From Blasia pusilla (taxonomy: Eukaryota): 64,000 nt of DNA. A program made the translations under genes and the position numbers. The stretch is from assembly GCA_050084515.1 (NCBI GenBank), contig CM114271.1:12648001-12712000 (forward strand), in the 5' to 3' direction. Under the pieces are notes generated by a model. That model worked only from the letters and a program-made list of their open reading frames with translations, was not told the DNA's origin and made no database searches. Positions 54,917 through 64,000 of the stretch are shown here, in pieces; position 1 is the first letter of the stretch; each line of letters starts with the position of its first letter.

Positions 54917-55316
54917 GGAATTATACTTGCCTAGGGTTGCAATCTTTTATGATTTTTGGTGTATGGTGAATGGAGACGGTGATCTTGTCGGTAGTCATGC
55001 TTTCTTAGTATTTGCTGATATTGTCTTCCTGGTTGGTGGAGTTAGGGTTTAGGGTTAAGGTTGAATGGCTGCTCCTTTTTCCTCATCCTCCGGCCAGGAT
55101 GGGGTCTTAGAGATTACTCACTTTTTGAGTTCGACCTTTTTGTCATGTCAAAAAGTCCTCCCATCCCTAAGCCTTAATCCTTAATCCTAACTCCCCCAAC
55201 CAGGAAGAAAATATTAGGAAATACTAAGAAAGTATGACCGCCAACAAGATCACCATCTCCATTCACCATACACCAAAAATCGTAAAAGGATTGAAACCCT
55301 AGGCAAGCATAGTTCC
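54917..55316. repeat. Long inverted repeat (~145-bp arms, ~110-bp spacer), foldback/MITE-like
   Basis: 54917-55060 is the reverse complement of 55172-55316 at roughly 85% by eye; inner ends are TTAGGG/TTTAGGG-like. Confidence 0.85.
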
Positions 55317-55780
55317 AGACCGACAAGTGATGAGAACCTTCGAAACGTGATTGGCTTGTAATGAGTCATTGTAATTAGGGAAGCTTCATAAGCCTAAATT
55401 TGGGTTTGAACTAGTTCTCTACCAAGCCTTCACGAGAAGCATTGAAACTTACAAAAGGTAATTATGATTGAGAACCAAAGATGGGTTTTGGGTCATTGTG
55501 TACCCTAAGGCACATGCCACACTTGTAGGTATTTAACGCTTGAGGTTCTCACCATATCATCCAGGTGAGAGAGCAACAAAGACCATTCTTGGTGTTTTAA
55601 CCTCTCCTAGCTCACTTCAATTTGTTTGAGCTCGATGCTTCTATTGTTAGCCGCCATACTCAACTTTTGGTTGATATTACTTTCTTGGAAATGGATGAAT
55701 TATCATCATTATATAGTGAGTGGATTGATATGTCGCCACTTTTACAATTGTATGATATAATCAACGAGAATCACCACTTC

Positions 55781-56070
55781 TATCGCGACCCTCATAACCA
55801 ATCGAGCGCCAAGTGGAACATGAGAACTCTAGCAAGCTCACGCTAGGATAGTTTGCATGTTGGAGAGGTCTCTTGGAAGAGATGCAAGAGATACAAGAGA
55901 TGAGACGCGAACAAGGTTGAGCGTTGATGGTCACAACTAGGAAACGTGAACCAAACGTGAACCAAGACTTGAGAGGAGTCGAGTCTAGGAAGTGTGGTTG
56001 CCAAAGAGTTGAGAACCGAATTTTGAACGTGACTAATGTTTGGGGTTTCGAATGTATTTTGGACCATAAC
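55781..56070 (+). repeat. LTR-like repeat with an inverted homologue at ~58320-58609
   Basis: TATCGCGACCCTCATAAC..GCGCCAA..ACTCTAG..TAGGAT..GTTGGAGAGGTCTCT matches the reverse complement of 58320-58609. Confidence 0.65.
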
Positions 56071-57776
56071 TTTTAGTCCCAAGATGTGTTTAGAACAAGT
56101 AACGTGACGTTGAAAAGCTTATGCAAAGCGAGCTCAAATGTACCAAAGATCTTAGCAAACGCACAAGCAAAGGCTGAGAAACTTTCCGAAAATGACTGCA
56201 TGGGGAGTTGGGTTGAGGGCCAAAAAGAGTGGCCCGAATGTCTCTTCCTCCATAAATACTAGTAAGCGAAAAGGTCTCCAAGAGTGTTTGGGACTCGAAC
56301 TCTAGTTTGGGGCACTATCGGACGATCCAAGGGCAAGGAATGGATCGGGAGTTTGACGTTAGGATTTGAAACCCGAACCAAATCCAACAGAGTGGATTCC
56401 GGAGGTCCCTCTTGGATTCCAACTCGCAACTTATTTAGTTGGGTCAGATTTAGGGACCGCTAGGCGTGTGAACGCCGTTTTAGAAGCTTGGGCTAACCAG
56501 AAAAGTCTATTCCAAGTCTCAGAAGACTTGTCGGTGTTGGGAATTGAGGAACTAAGAAGGTTGAGCTTGATGAGATGCCGAGTTGAGAGCTTGGTGGGTT
56601 GGAAGGCCGATTGACCCAGACATGACTAACGTTAGTGTGTTTGGGTACGGATTAGCAGTGAGATTATGTCCTACTGAATGAATTCTTTCCCAATACTAAA
56701 GATTGACATTCAAGAGGCGCACGAGAATTTCATCTGATCCTCATGAATTTTTTCCTTCAATGCACCTCTTTGTGCATATTTCTTGCAACCCATTATATGA
56801 TGCAATTGAGCTAGCAACGACTAGCAAGAGTTCTAAATTTTAAGGATTGTCAAGATTTGGGAAAACCTAATTTAAGACAATTTTCGGATATGGAGAGCCA
56901 CAGAGAAATTTTGCTCTTGAAAGTTGCACAATGAAATGGAGAGCTTCAAAATTTTTGCGTTACTCCATGGCTAAAAATTGCAACTTTATACAAATGTTTG
57001 GTTGTTGAGAGTTGCATATTTTTTTTATGGCTTTCCATATCCGCAAATTGATGCAGAAAGTCTTTTATTTGTGGATGCCTAGTGGGTATCATGGGAATGT
57101 AAGAAATTCGACCCAAAACCCAAGATTGCCACATGATATCGGCAAGTTGTTACATTTAAAAATTTCTAATTTTCTTTCTTTCTGTCTCTCCTTTGTTTTT
57201 TTTTGAGTCTTTTTTTACAAAATTTCCATCGAGATTTTTATCTTGTTTAGCACCATAGATGTTTGTGCCAACCAAGAAGAAGCAAGGGGGATAGGGGTTT
57301 TTGGACAAGGGAGCATCATATGCAAAGGATTCAAAGGGGTTTGTTACGTATGGATGGAGGAACAATTCCATCAATATATTCGAATGATATTTGACATGAT
57401 GGTTGCCAACATGGATAAGTAGATCTAGAAGTTGGTGGATGCATCCTTGATCCTTAGGTCATTTGAGGATAATAGTGGGAGCCATAATAAGTATTTGATA
57501 TTTGAAGTGGCTTATGGAATTTTTTGGTAGTGCTCATCTTTTTGATTTTCCTAGTTAAATAGTTTTGTGAATGGAAGAGTAGGTCTTTGCGGCAATGGAT
57601 GAGTTAGTCAAGACCTTATTATGTGAGAATATGACCACTCACGCTATATTAATGTTCTTAAGTCTGTATTTTTATCTTTGAAGTTCATTCTGAGGTTTTT
57701 TAGAAGTCTTAGTTATGATTTTTTTCCATCTTGGAAGAGCTAACATTGTAGAGAATATGGTTTTATCCATCAACCA

Positions 57777-58128
57777 TATCACGTCTGTAGGATAGATCGA
57801 CGAGATCTAGTAGAGCGCCTTTGGAGATACTAAAGGACAGCCTCAGGAGATCGAGAATGATGTGTTGAGAGTAGGGGTAACATGAGAGAGCAGGTTTTCC
57901 TTTCGTTTCGACTCATTTGAAGTCATATTGAGAAACTTACTATTTTGGGTAAGCTACCATTTTTGGTATAGTAGACTTTCCATTGTGGGAAGTGGCCTTT
58001 GACCTGCTATAGCAGGTCAAGATCCAAGGAGGTGACATGCAAGCATAGGTTATTGTGGAGAGTGCTTCGGAGAGGGAAGGGGATATACCTCCAAGAGAGA
58101 GCTTGAGAGCTCATTCTCTTTTTGTAAA
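57777..58128 (+). repeat. Diverged truncated copy of repeat A
   Basis: TATCACGTCTGTAGGATAGATCG...GAGAGCAGGTT..TTCGTTTCGACTCATTTG...AGAAACTTACTATTT...GAGAGGGAAGGGG matches A2 in element sense. Confidence 0.8.
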
Positions 58129-58172
58129 TCACGTGGATCTCTCCATCATAATGTCTCACAAATGTGAGTACT

Positions 58173-58273
<101 letters not shown>

Positions 58274-60083
58274 TTATAACGCCATCTTGTTTGTCTCAAA
58301 CGCATATTGGGTCTGGCCAATATGACCTACAACATAGTGAAACATCAAACGCCAATCAAGTTCCAATTTCGATTCTCATCCTCTTTGGGAACGCACTCTT
58401 CTAGACTTGATTCTTCTCAAGTCCGGGCCTGCATTTGGTCTAGGTTCCCCGAGTGGAGACGGTTGAAACATGTTATCCTCAACCTTACTCGCGTTTTACA
58501 TCTCATGTCTCCTTTGAGAGACTTCTCCAACGCACGTCCATCCTAATGTGAACCTACTAGAGTCTTGATGTTTTGCATTGGCGCACTTTCCGTTATGAGG
58601 GTCACGATATTATCCATATGGACTCCATTCACCATTTGTTATATCGTCTAATCCTTGTGATGGTGCTTCCTCTATAAAAGCCCTCTTAGAAGGGAAAAAA
58701 ATTCATGGAAAGATTCTACTATACGCCAAAATAGGGCCAATATTATCGATCAAATTGAAACTTTTGTAATAAAGCACTTTCTTATGTGCCACTGACCACT
58801 CAAATCTCTTCGCACGGAAACGGAGAAGTCCGTCCATGGGACGGTCATTTTAGGGACGGACATCGGGTGTTCCTGGCTTACCTCGGATGGATTCATAGCA
58901 CAAGGCCAAAAATGTAGGGTCTGATATGATATGAATCAGCCCATTGTACCTATTGTCCGGGCCTAAATAAGCTGTTCCGAAATGGACATACGGACACGGT
59001 CGGACGATCGACTTTGAAATGAAGTGGCGGAGCCGTTGGAATGAGACGATGTTTCGTTATCCGAGACCTCCGGGATAGAAAAATACGATCGAGAGCTAGG
59101 CTCCTTAACTGCCAGGCTGTTTGGATCTAAAAACTAAGAAAAGAGAACTTCTCCCGATGGTCTTCGCACTACGTGCCTTTAAAATCTTTCTAAAACTGTT
59201 TTATCAACATATTTTACTCAATTTAGCGTCAACTTGAGGGGTCATGCAAGCCCCATCGCGCGCGTCTCAGGAACCCACTTGTTGTGTGTGCTTTTTAATA
59301 GTTGATTATTGGGCACATTAGGGTAATTAGCTCAGTTGGTTTTTTTTTATTTTGCCGCTTGCCATTTTTTTTATGGAATTAGAAAAAAAGAGTCAATCTA
59401 GCCACAAGTGGACAGCGTAGCCCGGGCTACCGGCCTCATATTAGGTGGGAGATAATCCGGTAGGACTCTCGTAATTGGATTGCATAGACTTCAAACCTAC
59501 CTAGCACCCCCTCAAAAGATGCGGGCGCCTTTGGTCTTCGCGCCTCTCTTCTCTTCTCCCTCTAGCACTCGCGCGTGGAAATTGTAATGCCATTTCCAGC
59601 CTGCGCACATGTCGCAAGCTAGCCTCTTAAAACTCTCACAAAATAGCTTCTATGAACCCCATAAAAAAGAGAATAGGGGGCCACGCCGGAGTGAACTTTG
59701 GCCGAGGCTTTGTACTTGCTTTGTATACCATGACTTTGTCATGACCTTCTACTTGCTTAAGGTAGGTTTGCTCAGCCCTAGCAAAGTTATCCTCTACGGT
59801 TCAGCGTTGGATCGAGGCTCCAACCTTGTTCATCATAGATTGGTACTTCTTATGTGCGGTCCATCAGATTGGATAAAATTTCAGCAGCTTTCGTTGAATT
59901 CTTCATTTTCTTTGCAAGTGTACACAGATGATTTCTTCATGTGAGCTATGCCTGCCCTTGAATGAATGGGGGGAGGGGGTTACAAGCCCTCCAACATTTG
60001 AAGCGCGGGAGCTTTGTGTACAAATAAAAAAAAGTCTAAATAAGGCAAAGTAAGAAAGGGTTTAGCTAATAGTAAATTAAATA

Positions 60084-60121
60084 ATCATACTAAAAAAAAA
60101 GAGTTTGATCCTGGCTCAGAA
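60084..60121 (+). pseudogene. rrn18: 5' end fragment of mitochondrial SSU rRNA
   Basis: ATCATACTAAAAAAAAAGAGTTTGATCCTGGCTCAGAA resembles the plant mitochondrial rrn18 5' end; similarity stops after ~38 nt. Confidence 0.75.
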
Positions 60122-60314
60122 AAAAATCTTAGGTTGTAACTTTATTATAAGTAAATTAGTTGATGTTGTACTTAATTTGTATAAAAAGTGCCAAACATTG
60201 GGAACTACCCAAAAAAAAGTGATTGTATAACATCCTTTAGTTCTTGTTCCGCACGCGTTACATTATTATTAAGATAATCGCGTACATCACTCTCCTACTA
60301 ACTTTCAGCTGAGA

Positions 60315-60360
60315 TAGGCTTAGTAGGACTCGAACCTACAATATCACCGTTATGAGCGGT
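60315..60360 (-). pseudogene. trnI-CAU: 3' portion of mitochondrial tRNA-Ile(CAU)
   Basis: Reverse complement ACCGCTCATAACGGTGATATTGTAGGTTCGAGTCCTACTAAGCCTA gives an anticodon arm (CAT), T arm and 3' acceptor strand; the 5' part is missing. Confidence 0.8.
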
Positions 60361-61002
60361 TCTAATTTAATTTTACCCAATGCAGGTTCGCATAAGATCA
60401 TGTAGTGCTTTAGATCGCAGTACTGATTCCATAGTGTATTTGCCTTTTTTTATTTCATTTGAAGCATCAATAACACCGAAAAGAGCCTTTACTGCCTAAA
60501 AAGATAAAGCTATTGACGCCTGAGCGACCTTTGGCCCAGACGAGTATGACATAGATTTAAAATCTATTGAAATCCGCCGGAAACCAAACTCAAAAAAAAG
60601 GGCAAAGCCTACCAAAAACTAACACCAAATCCAGGGTCAACGAGCCCTGGGACTGATGGCCTGAATCAGAAAAGGTTTTGTTGTAAGCCGCTTCGTCTAC
60701 TATACAAAAAGTCCCAACACATAACACACAAAATTTAGCTACTTCCCATAGCTTTTGATAAGGTGTATACTAAAGAAGTATCACTTGGGCATCCTCAAGC
60801 GTCGGTCTAGTTTCTATTTTCGTTTGTTTCTGCAGCTTACTCCAAGTACCGAGGGATTTTGTTTTTAATGGAGATTGTGGGTCTATAAGTTCTATTTGCA
60901 TATCTATCTGAGGCCATTAGTGCTATAGTCCAAGTAGATATGAAATATCTAGGTAAATTTGACTTATTATGTGGTTGCACATTTCCATTATGTTCTTTCT
61001 CT

Positions 61003-61062
61003 GGGGCCGGATGCGAGGAAATCTTGCACGTCCGGTTGGAAGGAAGGCCAGTGATACCTGAC
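61003..61062 (+). other. Group II intron domain V/VI fragment
   Basis: GGGCCGGATGCGAGGAAATCTTGCACGTCCGGTT...GG...CCTGAC fits the domain V consensus and ends in AC. Confidence 0.75.
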
Positions 61063-61242
61063 GAAAGGCTCGCGGCTGCCCTCAAGTCTTTTGACGGCGA
61101 ACTGTAGTTGTGTCTTTGGAGGGATCCGCCGATTATCTTGCGTAACCCCGTCCAAGAATTTGGCATGGCCTACCAATTTACGTTAGAGGGCGTGCATCTC
61201 TTAGTACTTCTCTTCCCGACTTAGCTTGAAAATGAAAGGTTA

Positions 61243-61281
61243 GCTCACGCTTTTTTAATGATCTTCTTTATGGTTATGCCG
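61243..61281 (+). pseudogene. cox1: cox1 fragment
   Basis: Translates AHAFLMIFFMVMP. Confidence 0.85.
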
Positions 61282-61855
61282 CATATCTGGGCCATCGGAT
61301 ACCAAATTCTGATTTTCAAGGATATTTATATGGATTTAGAAATGAAATGGCTATTATTGATTTAGCCCTCCCTTTGGCACTCTCCACGAGGCCCATAGGA
61401 GGGGAATTCCTCAACTCACAGCCCGGGTCGAGGTCGGTCCTACGGAAAAGTCAGCTCCAGGGTGCTATTCAACAAGAGTTGGACGGCTACAGGGAGAATA
61501 TTGAAGAGTTTATAGGGTCTTTTGTAAATAAACTATCAAACAAATCCTCCGTGACCTTCCCATTTTTTACACAAAAAAGGACTTTTGCTATTGTACAACA
61601 AAAAAAATCACTGAGCAAACTCGAACCTAAAAATGACACTGACCTAAATATCGGAACTTGGGATCCGCGGTATTCGCCGATGGGGATGGATGCCTAATCC
61701 TTCGGGAACGCCCAAAAACTTCCATCGTGGAAGTGACATAGGAACTCCGAGCGGGGGTCATGGCACTTTTCATAGCCAACGCGAAACGTTATATGCATCC
61801 TTGTAATGTCTTTCAGCCTAACGTTCATTACTTCTGTCCTACGGGCTAGTTCTAC

Positions 61856-61916
61856 AACACAAGGTGGAGACGTATCTGCTTATATTCCTACCAATGTGAT
61901 TTCCATCACAGATGGA
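61856..61916 (+). pseudogene. atp1: Mitochondrial atp1 61-nt exon with flanking group II intron ends
   Basis: Translates TQGGDVSAYIPTNVISITDG; preceded by ...TTCTAC (intron 3' end) and followed by GTGCG (intron 5' end). Confidence 0.9.
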
Positions 61917-64000
61917 GTGCGACGTGACGTGTGTGGGATCGATGAATGCCGGCCTGCATCCTGAGGCCGCCTTGGAGCCCATCGCATAGACGTGGGCTGA
62001 TGGAGCCCTCACCCATTGCGTGGCCCACCATGGCTCGCATGAGCACTTACGGTCCTTATTTTTGTCCATTAGGACAAACATAAGTCTACGGACATGGACA
62101 TGTCCGCGGACGCAAACTTTGTTCGTGTGCAACCTTGCAACCGATCATCAAGGCTCAAGACCCTGGAGGTAGAATCCAACTATAAAAATTGTATGGAAGT
62201 CTACAAGCTTAGAGGACTTCTTTTTCGCTCTTCTTGAAATCTCAACATCAATCACTTTGAAAACTCATTAAGGCATCAAGCATATATTCTCAAGTCTCCA
62301 AAATCTCTAAGATGAGATCAATATACCCCTTCAAAATCCTCCTTGATCTCTCTTAATTTCAAAAACCTTCAATCAACAATCAAAGTTTTCCACAACACCC
62401 TTGCGCGTTTGACTTCACTTTCTGAGAGTTAAAGAAAGGATATGATAAGATTCAAATTCTGAAAGAAAACGCAACTTCCTATATTTCCAATGTTGTCTCA
62501 ATCTCTTTACGCTCACATATAGAGCTCTCTCAAAGCTCCAAAATTTCTTCTTCAACTTTGTGCAACAGAATTCTTATGCCCCATTTCACTTCACAACGTC
62601 TTTTGTGCTCTCTATTTTTTATCGTGATCTACAACCTAGTGTTTTGGAAGATTTTTTCTTCTTGGCTTTCCAATGTGCCTTTGATCTCCCCAAAAAATTT
62701 CCATTTGCTCCTCTAAAAGGTGTTTTACTCTCGCTGAACTTATCTTTTCAAATCTATTTTAAGGAGCTCTTGCCATTTGACTACTTTTGAATGGTAAAGA
62801 CTTTTAAAATCATCCTTGGTCAGTGTTAATACCTTGCCAATTTACTCAAGGTATTACGTTCTCTTTCTTTGAGATTTATTCTTGATCAAATCTTTACCAA
62901 GATTCTTCGGCGGTCGACAGGGTAACATCGACACTGTTATTTTTTGGACGGCTGCTATGATGATTAACCTCCACCTTTTATCTTCTTTCCTTTTAAACTT
63001 TAGAAATCTTGTTTCTACTCTACGGGAGTATAGCCTTCATACTTGTTATGGGCTTCAACATCTTCTACCTTAGGTTTCAAAGGTTAGAAATCTCAATTTA
63101 GATGATCAAATTTACTTGTGGATTTAATCTTTAAAACCCATGTAAATTTAGAATATAGCTACACATTTACAATGCTATGATAATTAGACCGTATTGTTTT
63201 CTGAAGAGCTCAGCTACTATTTCATAGGTATAATCACTTGGAGACATACAAGGGTTGATTATAATGGCATTTGTTACACCCTAGTGTATAACTTCCTAAG
63301 ATGCTTAGAATCCAATAGCACCTTAAATTCCGTGTCATATTATAATTAGTACGTGGGCCAACACATAAGATGTTCGCCCTTTCCCCTAGGGGAAAGGTAA
63401 TCACTCGTAAAGGGGGCCGAGAGAATTTTTTTTTGGGGTTAAAAAAGCATGGTAAAACGTATTTACGAGAGAGGAGGAAACTCCTAAAGAGAAAAGAAGA
63501 TGTTTCTTTCTAATTCTAAGACTAAAATGAACAGGCGGGCCCAACTACGGTGGCGGTCCCACCGTAAGGCGAACTACTCTCTTCGTGGACGGAGGCGCTT
63601 GTCACGTGTCGTAGGCGAATCGGCTGATCCGGTTCAGCCGTAATCCGTGGCGGGAAGTGGTGGGTCCGGTGGGGCCCTCAGGGAAAGAAGCGAGGGGTCG
63701 TTTCATTTCATTTGACGGGGACAGTGACTGGCTACCACCACCTGCAGCTGAGCACATTTGCCTTTCATAGCAAAGCATGGAATCCCCGCCTTTCGTGCCG
63801 TATCTATGTCCGTATCTGTGCCCATTTATGAGCCTCCCTGCTACGACTAGCCTTGTGGCTTTCTGCGATTCTTCAAGCCTTTGGTTTGTATTCCGTTCCG
63901 GTCGGGACCGCACTCGCTTCATCTCACTCTGGTGGTTCGTCTCTTCTAAAATAATGAACTCTGGTGGTTCGCCTTTCTGGCCTGCAACGCTCCGCCTCGT

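Larger units (their letters stand above)
59400..61925. other. Mosaic nuclear insertion of mitochondrial DNA (NUMT); outer limits approximate
   Basis: Contains short pieces of rrn18, trnI-CAU, group II intron domains V/VI, cox1 and atp1 in mixed orientations. Confidence 0.8.

Noticed and set aside
55430-57600. Faint hAT-transposase-like fragments
   Set aside because: Motifs are too degraded to support without a profile search.
60100-60120. Exact match to the universal bacterial 16S 27F primer site, suggesting contamination or an rRNA gene
   Set aside because: Similarity ends after ~38 nt, the upstream bases match plant mitochondrial rrn18, and it sits among other mtDNA fragments.

Overview
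Repeat-rich nuclear DNA from a non-seed land plant, most likely a liverwort: the mitochondrial insertion at 61856-61916 keeps the 61-nt atp1 exon flanked by group II introns at the liverwort positions. The only intact host gene I can support is a 12-exon NOP53 (44586-53685, +). Its last intron holds an antisense RTE/RTEX-type LINE whose 3' end is present three times. The main finding is a decayed ~9.96-kb retroelement at 25895-35849 (-) with the domain order gag(2xCCHC)-protease-DNMT3-like C5 cytosine methyltransferase-RT-RNase H-DDE integrase-PHD finger. It has TG...CA ends and a CATG target duplication, but instead of two LTRs it has split direct repeats (A1-ORFs-B1-A2-B2) with an internal end-to-end junction CA-GT-TG. 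A related deletion derivative also flanked by CATG (19806-23458), a solo A+B unit (23870-24479) and an A fragment (57777-58128) indicate a family. The window also holds two Helitron relics, a copia relic, a CRE-like non-LTR fragment, two foldback/MITE-like elements and a mosaic mitochondrial insertion (NUMT). Identities are estimated by eye and no database searches were run.
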